This document shows positions 50,115 through 61,456 of a DNA stretch of 64,000 bases, piece after piece. Source of the stretch: Paramoeba atlantica (Eukaryota > Protista > Discosea); contig CDRNVI010000169.1 of the NCBI GenBank assembly GCA_977017575.1, forward strand, positions 74,431-138,430, given 5' to 3'. Each line of letters begins with the position of its first letter. The stretch's first letter is position 1. The notes below the pieces were generated by a model that worked only from the letters and a program-made list of their open reading frames with translations, was not told where the DNA came from and searched no databases. A program made the translations under genes and the position numbers.

Positions 50115-50715
50115 CTTTTTTTTTCTTTTTTTTTCTTTTTTTTTTTTCTTTTTTTTTCTTTTTTTTTCTTTTTTTTTTTTTTTTTTTGTTTTTTCTTTTT
50201 TTTCTCTTTTTTTTCTTATTTTGATTGTTGATTTTGATTTGATTTTTATTTGGTTTGATTTTTCTTTTCTCTTTTTTCTCCTTTTTTTAATTTTCTTCTT
50301 TAAAAGATTCTTTCTGCTTTGCAAGAAATCCCTGATTTACAAAATCTCTACGAAGGTCTTTTTTCTCTTCTCTTTCTCCTTTTCTCCTTTTCTCCTCTCT
50401 TCCTCTTTCTCAGTTTTTTTTCAATTCTTTAGCGCTCAACAAAGACAAAGAACGGAGCATTACCACTGAACAAGAAGCAAAAAGAAAACAAAATCATTCT
50501 TCTTCTTCTCGTGTTTCTGACGGGTTTGATTTTTGATTCGAATATTCAATTGAAAAAGAATTTTATTTCATTTTTCTTTATTTCAATTCCCCAAAAAGAA
50601 AAAGATTATTTTTTTTAAAAATTTCTCTTTCAAACTAAAATCTTTTCTTTTGCTTTTCTTTTCCAGACAAGGGCCTCCCGAGCCACCAAAAAGAAAAAGG
50701 TGGGTTGTCTCATAA
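26303..50715 (+). CDS. htt: Huntingtin orthologue (HEAT-repeat scaffold), very many exons
   Basis: Colinear matches to human HTT recalled from memory: HGDSDQNVCTAGTEAL ~ SDDAESDVRMVADECL; KHIKPARSRKYL ~ HLVRPQKCRPYL; IEDNSATTSKLA...STYWVVKKELLSSLGGIDF ~ KDESSVTCKLA...SSYWLVRTELLETLAEIDF; DTDHRVRQTAAEAL ~ DEDPRVRHVAAASL; LGIMVTCFYTG ~ LGLMLTCMYTG; NWLVVCLKNFTQ ~ DWVMLSLSNFTQ. Stop at 50713-50715 after PKRKRWVVS. Confidence 0.95.
27001..27600 (+). repeat. Seven tandem copies of an acceptor plus exon start inside htt intron 2
   Basis: AG|AAAATAGTTCGA(T/G)ATTTGTTATTA(A/C)TACA(T/C)G with AG ending at 27002, 27106, 27190, 27287, 27363, 27467 and 27566. Only the last continues as the exon. Confidence 0.95.
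29457..29549 (+). repeat. Coding (CAACAACCA)n repeat encoding (QQP)9QQQP in huntingtin
   Basis: Near-perfect 9-mer repeat within ORF 29256-30911. Confidence 0.95.
43450..43590 (+). repeat. Coding AATTTAAATCCA/AATCCA repeat encoding (NLNP)n in huntingtin
   Basis: The frame reads TNLNPNLNPNLNPNLNPNPNPNPNPNLNP... Confidence 0.85.
48610..48985 (+). repeat. Three tandem copies (plus one decayed) of an acceptor plus exon start in a late htt intron
   Basis: AAATAG|ATTTTTTTACTGTGGATCAATCAATGAGTCTTCTTCTTCAAGAATT with AG ending at 48706, 48820 and 48936. Only the last continues (IDFFTVDQSMSLLLQEFVR). Confidence 0.93.
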
Positions 50716-51114
50716 AATCGTCACCCCTCTCTCTCATTTCACTCCTCTCTCTCTCTCTCTTTTAGCTCCCACTTCAACAACAAAAGAATAAAACATTTGA
50801 AAAATCATTTGAAAAATTATTTGAAAAATCATTTTTCTCTTGAAAAAAAAGATTTTTTCATTTTTCAGTCCAAAAAAAAAGAAACAAAAGATCGAAAAAA
50901 GAAACAAAAGATCGAAAAAAGAAACAAAGATCGAAAAAAGCGCTGTTTTCTGAAAAGACCCGACAAGATCAAAAAGGGGAACTACAAAAATAAAAACACC
51001 CATTCACCACTCAAAAAGATATGAGGAAGGGGCTGTTTTATTTTGGTACTACCCTTTTCGATTTTCGATTCGTTTTTCTTTTTTGTCGTTTGTCCTCGTC
51101 GATCGCACACAAGC

Positions 51115-51938
51115 ATGTTGAAACTTGCCCTCTTTTTCCTCTTTGCTCTTCCATTGGTTTATGGAGAGTGGAGGGCTGTCACTTTTAACATGACAGAGAG
51201 TATGTTTTTCGTTTCTTCTTTTCATCCTTCTCTGATCTTTTTTTTTTTCCTGTGAAAAACTTTTCGTGTGAAAACTAAACCGATTTCTCTTTTTGTGTTG
51301 TTGTGTTCAGTCGCAAATGATCATATCCGAAATGAAGATGGTTCCCTCATCTCAACTAATGGTCTTCAAAATTATGCACGTGCAAACTTCGCCAACATCA
51401 TGAAACAAGGTTCGCGCGAGAAGAGAAGGAACCACAAAAAATAATGTGGTCTTGTTTCCTTTACTGATTTTTCTTTCCTCTTTCTTTCCTCTTTCTTTCA
51501 AGATGGTGTCTCTGTAGGCAAACTTGTTGGAGTTGGGTCTTACGCAGATGGCTATTGGCAAGTCTCATCCACTGGTTTTTCATTTGATTCAATCTTCGGT
51601 CTTTTGAACGTGTTTTTCCTCATTCTTTTGTCTTTTCAGTTTTCCCAGATGTCGAGGTGGAGGACAACAGTATCGTTTTTGAAGGTTTCCTTTTTTGAGA
51701 TTCTCTTTTTTCTCCTCCCCCCCCCCCCTCTCTCTCTCTCTCTCACACACACCACTCTCAAGGATCCATGGGATCAGGATCCAGAAGAATCCTTTCTCTC
51801 CCAGTTGTTGGTGGGACAGGATTATTTACAGGAGCAACTGGATTTGCAAACATTATCCCTGGTGGCTCCAAGGGGCAAGCAGGAGTCAACGATTGGAACT
51901 TCAACCTCTTTGTTCCAGTCTTGCCACATGTTTCTTAA
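51115..51938 (+). CDS. Secreted dirigent/allene-oxide-cyclase-like beta-barrel protein, 158 aa, 5 exons
   Basis: Exons 51115-51199, 51311-51409, 51503-51574, 51640-51684 and 51763-51938 (all GT-AG, 477 nt, open frame). Signal peptide MLKLALFFLFALPLVYG; DGVSVGKLVG...NSIVFEG...LPVVGGTGLFTGATGFA. Confidence 0.75.
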
Positions 51939-52382
51939 ACTCATTTTTCTTTCTTAAAAACGACTTTTGTCTCTGTTTTTTTGTGTTTCTTTGAAACCAG
52001 AAAAAGAGGCGAAACTTTTCATCTGAGTTTTTCTTGTTGCACCAAAAAAAAATGTAGATTGAAAAAAAAAATTCTTTTGAGCTTTTGGTTTTGTGGTGAA
52101 TCGAGAAGAAGAAACGAACGAACAAGAAATCTCGAGACGCTCTTTTGAAACACCCCAAAAAAGGAATCACCTTGTTTAGATTACAAAACATGTGTGATTT
52201 CTCCTTCAATTCAGAATTCAATCCATTTCTCCTTCAATCTGTGTGATACATTGCCAAACATTTTATTTGGACACTCAAACCAAAAAAAGATTTTTTTTTT
52301 CAAATCACTTCACACCATCTTTATTCAAAATGAGAGAAACAGTTTTCTTATTCGTTTTTGAGGAAAAGTTTCACACTCCACC

Positions 52383-52691
52383 TTACTCAATATCGCATAC
52401 ATACAATCGGCTTTGATTCATATACGAACAAACCCCAGCATTACAACCACAACCATCAACAAGACAATCCCAATCGGCTTGACATCCAAGAACAGGATAA
52501 TTTTCTAAAACAATATCACTTCCATAACAATAACCGCCATTACAGAAACATCCATCCGCTCCTCCAACATCGCCGTAACATGAATCGCAATAATACGCAC
52601 ATCCATCCGAAAATTTCACCATCACAGAGAAAAGGATCACCAACGAGAATAATCCGATCAATGATCCACCCAAACGCTTTTGCACGGCCAT
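52383..52691 (-). CDS. Small secreted Cys-rich protein (~102 aa, 12 Cys)
   Basis: MAVQKRLGGSLIGLFSLVILFSVMVKFSDG is hydrophobic, followed by a Gly/Cys/Tyr/Asp-rich mature region. The start is uncertain because the frame stays open to 52913. Confidence 0.6.
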   Translation of the reverse strand: MAVQKRLGGSLIGLFSLVILFSVMVKFSDGCAYYCDSCYGDVGGADGCFCNGGYCYGSDIVLENYPVLGCQADWDCLVDGCGCNAGVCSYMNQSRLYVCDIE

Positions 52692-52977
52692 AGTTTGAAT
52701 AGAGGGACGATAAAGAAAGAGAAAAATAATAATTCTATTACCCCAAAAACAAAAATCAAAAAACAAAACCAAAAGAAAAAGGAAGAGTGACACTTTTTTC
52801 TCCCCTTTTTCTGAACCAATCAACCACTGCCACGTAGATTGCCGAGAATTTTGACCCTTTTTGAAGCAATTTCCAGTCATTTCGACAGTTTGAGGGAATT
52901 CCAAACTGCTCACTAAAAATAAAGGAAAAATAAACTTAATAAAAATATTTATTTTAATTTAATTAATGAGTGAGAGT

Positions 52978-55900
52978 TCATCTTGGTGTCTTTCGAGGAG
53001 AATGAATAATGCCACTACTATCACTACCGCCACTACCGCCACTACCATCACTAGGGCCATTACTCGTGACAGTACTACCTCCTTTGGAATAATCAGGCAA
53101 CAAAAACTTTTGTTCTTCTGGCAAGTTGCGATCTTTGAAAAAACCATAGAGAATGAACCCGACAACCATCAGATAAATGGAAAAGAACCACAACCAAAGC
53201 CCGACCTGAATCAAAATCCAAGACATAAAAACTTGGTCATCAGTTGTCAAGATAATTGGAATAAAAAGGATCATCAAAAAGACAGCAACATACAGAGCAA
53301 AACCAATATGTTTCGCTTCACTGTACACAGAAGGAAGCTTCCTTGATTTCCAAGCAAGTCCCGCACTCACTAAGATTAAAATAAACTTGTAAACAACCAA
53401 AATAACAAAGAAAGGCAAAGGATCATTTGCAACACAGACAGCATGATGGTCTCCATCCACCTTCTTCAGACCAAGCTCAGGAAGATCAACTGCACTCCAA
53501 ATAATCAAAACAATCACATCCACAGCAATAATCCCTCCCGTAATCCCCAACAACATGGTGTTTGAGATCTTCAAAATTTGGAAACCAGTGTGGCACAAAA
53601 CACGAAAGACTTTGTATTGCTTCGCTACCAAGCTCCCAATCACTAAACCAGAAGGAATTGCAATCCACCATGAAATCATTCCACATTTCGCATCAGATGC
53701 CTTTCCATAAAAGAGGAAACAACTACTCATTCCCCACATCACACCAATGTGAAGTTGAGCTAAGAACCCAAAACCGGCAGCACAAACCCGACCGCGGGAC
53801 CGATGATAAAACAGAAAGATGAGAGAAATGAAGACAAGCAAGATGGAGAAGGATATTAAAGAGGCAAAAACGATTGTCGCAATCTTTACACTTGGATTGC
53901 AATCAGAGTCCTCGTCTTTCCAGTTGTTACAATCTATAATTTCATCACAAACTAATAAAAAATGAAAAGAGAGAAAGAGATTAAGAAAGAAAAATCCAAA
54001 AGGAAAAAGGAAAAAAAAAAATTGTCAAAAGAAAAGCAAAAGTAAACCAAGCTCAGCTCGAATAAATTCAGGGTTGCCTGTCAGAGGAGGAGGGACAACA
54101 TGACCAATATTATCGACAAAAGTAGACCCATTCGAACAGTAAAAATACTCGTTTGCGATCGCTGTCTCACACAAATCTCCTTCAAAACCAGTAAGACAAC
54201 GACATCTACCCTCCTCACAAATACCTCAGAGGAACAAAAAAAAAAGTTTCAGATATTCCCTTCAAAATTTTGATTGATGGATCATTCAATCTTAAAAAAA
54301 AGACCCCCCCTCTTGACCCAAAACAACCAAAAATTATTCACAAAATAAAATGATTTACCTTGTCCAAAACAATCACTCTCACATTCCCAAAACCAGTTCT
54401 TCCATGTCTCATTATTCGCTAAAACCCAAGCACAAGCTGTTGAGTAAATAGTAGCATTTGCTGTGAAATAACACTTAATTATTGACATTTTTTTTTAAAA
54501 AAAAAGAAAGATGTGTCTTAAAAAAAAAAAAAAAGAAACACAAACGGACATAAGAGAGGACACCAAGCAACCCTTCATGATCTCCATTTGTCATCACAAA
54601 TTTTTCATAAAAGTTTCGAAGCGCAGGGTCTAAATCATTTCTGTTTTTTTTTTTTCAATTCTTTGTCAAAAAAACTGGTTTTTCCTTTTTGGAACAGAAC
54701 ATAAAGAAAGAATAAAAACCTCTGTGTTGCATATTTTGCAACAACAACAGATTTATAATCACAATCGTACGTCGTCTCCCACTATTTTTATTTTTGGATG
54801 AGTTTGAAGAATTCGAGCGAGAAGGAAGAGAAGAGAGAAGGTTTTTTGATGATAGGAGGAAGGGGAAAAAAAGAACAAAAAAAAAAAGTACATTGTCCTG
54901 ACACTCTTTGGTCCATCGAGGAAGTGCAACCCTCTCCAATCGATAATTAAGATAATCTGGCGAGTCAACAAATTTGTACCTGAAAGAAGAGTGTGGTGAT
55001 TTGTTTTAATCATGGAGCTCTTTCAAAAGATACTTTATCACTCGAAAAAGAAAAGAAAAAAAGATTTCAAAATTACTTTGCGAAAATCTGAGTCGGCTCC
55101 CAATGAGTGAAGAGATAAGGTTGAACTGCTCTGACACGGTCGTCCCAAATTGCCAAATAATCTGGGATAGTTGGATGATTGATCCATTCCAGGCATAACC
55201 CCTTATTTTCAATTACTTTGAGTGCTCCAACAGAGCTAGTCCAACCTGGAGCTGTCCCTGTGTTTGTGTTTGGTTTCAGAGGGTTTTCAGCAGAGAAGGA
55301 GGTGAAAAACTTGAGGGGAGAAAAAAAAAAAAAAACAACCTCCAAGCTCTCCCATGGTTCCTGTTGTATTCTCACTATCCAGAGCTATTGTGTCAGAACA
55401 CCTAGTAGGAGGGGAAAAAAAAAAACTCTTCAGATCTTGGGGATCTCTTTTTGTGGCGATTATTTAAAAGGAAAGTGAGTGATTTCTCTCCTCTCACCTG
55501 GCAAAAGGACGATAAGAGGCGAACGGTTCATAGCCATCAACAGCGTACTTAGTTATGAACCATCCATTACGACCAATTACACCCAAAGATCCAATTCTTG
55601 AGACAGCTCGACGATCAATGAAAGATTTGATCAACTCTTCACGGCCATCTTCCCAAACTTCAAAGGAGACATCACAAGTCCCATCTTCCATTCCATCCCA
55701 GTTGTATTCGTAGCTCTCATTTGAGGTTTTTCTGCGGAAAAGAAATTTGGTTTGGGAAGGAGGAAAGAAAAAAAAAGGAAGAAAGAAATGACAAACACGT
55801 AACGGACATCGTAACCCCCATATTCATCCAAAAGAATCGAGGCGATCTCATTATTCAAAAAAGCAGAGGGCCATCCGACTCTATAGCCATCCAACTGAGC

Positions 55901-56008
55901 AGTAATACCTTTTCTAACTGTTGTTGGTTTTTCAAGGCAAGCACACTCGCTCCGCGGGACGAAGAACGATCCAAACAAAACAAAAAGAAGATACAATTGC
56001 ATAGTCAT
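52978..56008 (-). CDS. Family-C (GABA-B-like) GPCR with an N-terminal glycine-betaine/OpuAC-type substrate-binding domain, EGF and LDLa-like modules
   Basis: Signal peptide; GWPSAFLNNEIASILLDEYGGYDV...DGTCDVSFEVW...GSLGVIGRNGWFI (OpuAC/ProX-like); CFGQGICEEGRCRCLTGFEGDLC (EGF); YCSNG...VCDEIIDCNNWKDEDSDC (LDLa-like); 7TM with AKQYKVFRV, YKFILILVSAGLAWKSRKLPSVYSEAKHIGFALY (7tm_3). Confidence 0.85.
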
Positions 56009-56334
56009 CGTGAGAGACAATACCCAAAAAGAACAAAAAAAAGTTACTTTCGCCGAACAGCTCAAATTTTCACCTCCAAAAAGGCAAAAAAGGTTTTTTC
56101 CCGCCCGAAAAATAAATAAAGCAGTGGATCACATGATGTCACATGATTTGAAATGTTCAAAAGTACCACAACTTTATTAAAGAGAAGGATAAAATATCCG
56201 TTTCGAAAGAGTGAAAAACGATGGAGTGAAACACCCACCATTTCAACGAAATATTGAGCCAAAACAAAATGTCATATTTTTCTCTGTTGAGAGAGAAACA
56301 AAATATTCTGTTTGACTCAGTTGTCTTTTGTCAA

Positions 56335-59300
56335 TCAAGCCCAATCTCGCAGCATCGCCGCAAACACCCCTCCCATGACCGGTCTTGCTTGGAATCCTTG
56401 TCGATCTCCTACAAAAAGAAGAAGAAAAACCAAAAGAAAAGAAGTGAGCAATTTTTTAAAAATATTGAAAATCCATCAAAATAATTTGGTTGAGTTACTG
56501 ACCAGAAATGGTGTCGTACCTGTGGTATTAAAAATAAAAATTAGAAAGAAAGAAAAACATGTTCTTCAAAAAAAAAAAAAAGAGAAGAATCACAAAAAAG
56601 GAAGGAAAAAAAAAAGGAAAATCTTATTACCAATCAGTCAATGGAACACGAGAAGTTGTTGAATTGGCATAATCATAAATAGTACTCAAAATTTCCAAAA
56701 ATTGATCTTTTTCTGGAGACATAGCTGCATCTCTTGTATTAATCTCTTTTCGAAAAAATGAAGAAATGAAAGAAATAAACAAAAAAAAAAAATCCAAGTC
56801 AATTGGAACAAAAAAAAAATGTTATTCAAGATTTCAAACCTGCTGCCCACATGTTCCAATCAGCCTAATGAATATTTTATAAAAATAGAGTCAATAACCA
56901 CAATTTCAATAACCACAATTTCAATAACCACAATTTCAATAACCACAATTTCAATAACCACAATTTCAATAATAAAAAAAATTGAAAGTCAAAGAGAAGA
57001 AAGAAAACCTTTCCAAAAGTTGCACGATCATCAAGTGGCATTCCATATTGGTTCAATTGATCCCCCAAATAATACTAATTATATTAATTACTCATAAAAA
57101 TAATATTTTTTGGTAAAAAAAAAAGACTCTTGGTTAATTGTTGTCTTTCAAATAGGGGAACAAAACAAAAATATGGGAGAAAAAAAAAATTTCAAAAACT
57201 AAAAATCAATAAAAATAAAAATACAGTGATTTCTTCTTCATAAACGGAAGAAGGAAAAAGATTTGTCCCAATCAAAAGATCAAAGAGAAGATTGTACTTC
57301 ACAGACCACGTTCCACTCAAATTATACTATTTTTCAAAGAGTTTGATTGAAGAGAGAGAGAGAAGACAAAATAAAAGAGAGAGAAATTTTGAGAAAGAAA
57401 CCTGGAGACGATAATGATCTCCATCATCAGCATTTGTCAGCCAAAATGGAACAAAATTAACTGCAGACTCGTAATAACTATTAAAAAAAATAATTTCATT
57501 TTAGTTAGTTTGCAAGAAAAAAATTTAATTGAACAAAACGAAACAAAAATTTTCATTTTTAAATACAAATTTAATTGAGTTTCTCAAAACTCAAAATAAA
57601 GGGTAAAAGAGAAATAAATTAAAAAATAACTAAAAAAGTTTGAAAGAAAAACCGGGTAGCGTTTTGATGGTCACCACTACAATTTAGTAAATATGAATAT
57701 GCAGCAAGACCAACAATTCCCTTCACAAAAGAATTATTAGAATTGAGAACAGAGAGAAGGGAAAGTAGAAAGAGAGAGAGAGAGAGAAACCTTTGCAGCA
57801 AGATTAACGTTCTGTGGTGATGGACCTTATTAAAAAATTACTTTTAATTCAGAGAGAAAAGAGAGAGAGGAGAGAGAAAAAGACCTTCAAAATCATCAGT
57901 ACAAAGTTGATCCTGTGGATCAGGCAAACTACTATTTAGATAATCTCCCCAAATGGCCAATAAAGGCCAATAATCCTAAAAATAATAAAAAGAGAAAACA
58001 TATTTTTTTTTTTAAGAATCTTTGTCTTTGTAAATAAATCAAAAAAGAAACATTTTTTTTAAAAGCAGAGAAGAAGAAAAAGAAAAAAAAAAAAAGAACT
58101 TCAAGAAAAGAAACATCACAAGATTGATGTTGAGCAACCGAAGCCATCATAATAAACATATTTCCTGTCTCTTCCATAGGCATCTAAAAAAAAAAAAAAG
58201 AGATATAAATTCTCCTTCCCTTTCTCTCCCTCTTCTCCCTTTCTCGTTCTTTCTCCATCTCCACCTCTCACCCCTCTCTTTCATATCCCTCTCTTCCCCC
58301 TTCCTCTCTTTCCCCCTTCTCTCTTTTCAATAACCTGTTCCTGATCTTCAGGGCGAATATCACAAACAGGCCAAACACCAAGATGATGAGGAGACCATGC
58401 CAAATTATAAGGAACATCCAGTCCATATTGTGCTGTCTGGTTATTTGAGTATTCGAGAAGTGGGAATAGCTAAAGAGAAAGAGAGAGAGAGAGAGAGGAG
58501 ATTAGTATCATCAAAGAGAGAGAGAGAGAGAGAGAGAGAGAAGGAGAGAAGAAGGGTGAAAAGAGAGGAGAATACTTGAAGTTTGAGACTTTCAGGAGAT
58601 AAGAAAAGGAAAAAAGGAGAAGCTGGATAAAGTACATCGACAGTAGAGACATCTCCATCTGAACTAATTTCCTTTTCAATGAAGAATTAATCATCTTAAA
58701 AGAATAAAATAAAAGACAAATTCCAAAAAAAAAAAGGAAATGAAATTTCAAGAAAACCTTCACAAAGAGCCAAAAAGCTGAAATTCGATCATTCCAAACC
58801 TTTATTGGGAAGAAAAAAGAAAAAAAAAATCAAATAAAAGTAAAAAAAATTATTAAAATAAAAGATTAAATCAAAAAATATCCCATGAAAAAGAAAAAAA
58901 AAGGAAAAATAAATACAAGTTTTGTTGAAGCAGTGACTTGTCGATAAACAAGAGACCCCAAACGAGAGTATTCTTCCCCTATTCCCATTTTCTTAATCTC
59001 TCAAAATGAAAAGGAAGGAAAAAGAAAAGAAAAGAGAAAAAGAGAAAAAGAGAAAAAGAGAAAAGAGAAAAAGGGAAAAAGGGAAAAGAGAAAAGAAAAA
59101 AACCTCCCACAAGATCCAATTTTTCTTTCAATTTGGTATCAAAATCATAACAATCAGCCATCAGAGTATAATATCTCTAGAATTCCAATCAAAAAATGAG
59201 AAAAAGAACACACAAAAAGACACATAAAAACACACACAAAAACACAAAAAAAAACAAACAAAAAATACAAAAATACAAAACAGACAAAACAGACAAAAAG

Positions 59301-60106
59301 AATCTCTGAGAAATATAAAACTTCTTCATAATCATCCAAAAGATGAGGAAAAGTGGGAAAACGAGTTGTCCAAGCAGCTTTAAAAGGATCAGAAAAATAC
59401 TTAATTGACTCAGTATCATCATATCCAACACTAAAATGCATTTCTTTTTCTTCTTTTCCGACTGGTAAAAAAAAAAAAATAATGATCATTAATATAAAAT
59501 TTGAATCAAATAAATTCTTCTCCCTCTTCTCTTATTTCTCTTCTTCTCTCTGTTTTTTTCTTTTACCTTGACCAAAATCATAAGTCAGAGCCAAGACGGG
59601 CCATTCATCATTACATGGACGAGGGCCACTTGTATCATCCGGTGGAAGAGGTTGTCCATTTACAAAAGCAGTTCGAGCATCTTTGTTGGAATAAAGAATT
59701 TTCAATTTGGTAGTATTTACAAGAATGAGAAATGAAAAAGAAAAAGAAATTGGAAAAAATTGGAAATCAAGCACATCAAAAAATCAAACTTGTATCAGAA
59801 GTCATAGAAGTTGAAGTTGCAGGATTGGACTGAATAGAAACATGCCAAAATCCCCATGAAATTCTATCCTGGTTATTTCTAGAAAAAAAAAATTATCATT
59901 TGAGAAACGAGAAGAGAAAAGAAAGGAGTAAAGAAAAAGAAACGAGAGTGGTTGTTGAAGAGTTGCTCCAATTCTCATTATATCGTTCTTCCCTATCACC
60001 AAAATCAGTCCAAAAATATAAATAAAAGAAGAAAAGAACAACCTAACAATAGAGGAGCAATATCATCAACAACAATACCAAATACCAAATAACAAATAAC
60101 AGATAA

Positions 60107-60146
<40 letters not shown>

Positions 60147-61115
60147 AATAATAAATAAATAAATAAATAAATAAATAAACCAGAAGGATCATAAGGGCGA
60201 TTCCAATCAACAGAAGTAGTAATATCATCAACAGCAATTTCAGCACTTGTATCAAAATAGATTTGCACAGATGATTTTGTCCCTGAGATTGATCCAACCT
60301 TTTTGTTTTGTTTTTTATTTTTTTTTTGTGAATAAGAATTGTCTTTTTCTTTTCCTTTTCCTTCTTCTCTTTTTCTTGTTTTTGTTCTTTGTTTTTCTTT
60401 TCTTCATTTTCTTCAGGGAAATCTTAAAAAAACCTGAAACGTCAGAAATGTAACAGGGTCATTAAATTGCAAAACAGTTTTATCATCAAGAATTGATGGT
60501 GTTGTAAATTTCATCACCACAAAAACATCTTTTTGGATCATTAAAAAAAAAATTAAAGAAAGAAGGAAAGAAAGAAGAAACCATCAGCAAAAAAAGTATA
60601 AATTGTTTGAGTTGGATCAACAGTCACAGAATTTTGTTGTGCATTTTTTTGACATATATTGTCTCCTCCCATTAAACAATAAGACTAAATTATTTTGATT
60701 TATTTTCAAGAGAAAGAACAAAAAAGAAACAGAAAAAAGAAAAAAGAAAAAAGAAAAAAGAAAAAAGAAAAAAGAAAAAGAAGAAAAAGAAAAAAAGAAG
60801 ATACTGTGCCATTCACACGAATCATGGCATCCATTCCAACAATTGAACCAGACCAATGTGTTGGCCATCCATCATAAAGATGATCATAGGTGCTCCTATC
60901 ATCATCTTTTCAATGAAACAACAAGAAAAGAGAAAGAAAAAAGAAAAGAAAGAAAAAAAGAAAAGAAAGAAGAAAAAGAAAAGAGGAAAAACAAACCAAA
61001 TAGAAATATAAGGATCAATCGCAACCAATGGAATGGCAGGAGGGCGAAAGGGAGAAGAAATCGACATTCCAACAAAAAAAAACAAACCAACAACAAACAC
61101 CAACTCACTCTTCAT
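56335..61115 (-). CDS. Glutaminase A (GtaA)-like / DUF5127-DUF4965-DUF1793 six-hairpin protein, secreted, multi-exon
   Basis: Signal peptide then FRPPAIPLVAIDPYISIW; EISSDGDVSTVDVLYPASPFFL; WSPHHLG; MPMEETGNMFIM; WGDYL...DPQDQLCTDDF; NVNLAAKGIVGL; KYNLLFD; YGMPLDDR; GFQARPVMGG. Confidence 0.9.
56891..56972. repeat. Intronic 15-bp minisatellite, 5 copies
   Basis: (TCAATAACCACAATT)5. Confidence 0.9.
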
Positions 61116-61456
61116 TTTTTTCTTTTTTTGAAACAAAGAAAAAAAAAATCAAGATAAAACAAAACAAAAAAAAACAAAAAACAAAATTCAAACAAGAAAA
61201 AACAAGACTCCAAAAATATTGGATTGCAAAAAAGCCCCACTTTTTTAGAGTCCTTTTTTTAGCGTCCCCTCAAGTTTTGTCTGGGTCTTTTGAATTTTTT
61301 CAAAGAAAAGAGAGAAAGAGAAAGTGGAGAGAGAGAGAGAGAGAGAATGGTAAAGAAAAACTTTCAATCCCATTCAGTATTTTATTTTTCCCACCACCTT
61401 AAAAAAGACAACAACCAACCAAACCAGACCAAAACACAAACAAGCTCAAAACAAAC

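Noticed and set aside
50041-50200. Near-pure poly-T tract as a retroposon poly(A) tail
   Set aside because: No target-site duplication or element body; it is consistent with the T-rich introns throughout the window.
50877-50940. Three copies of AAAAAGAAACAAAGATCG between htt and the dirigent-like gene
   Set aside because: Short intergenic minisatellite with no further structure; no evidence of function.
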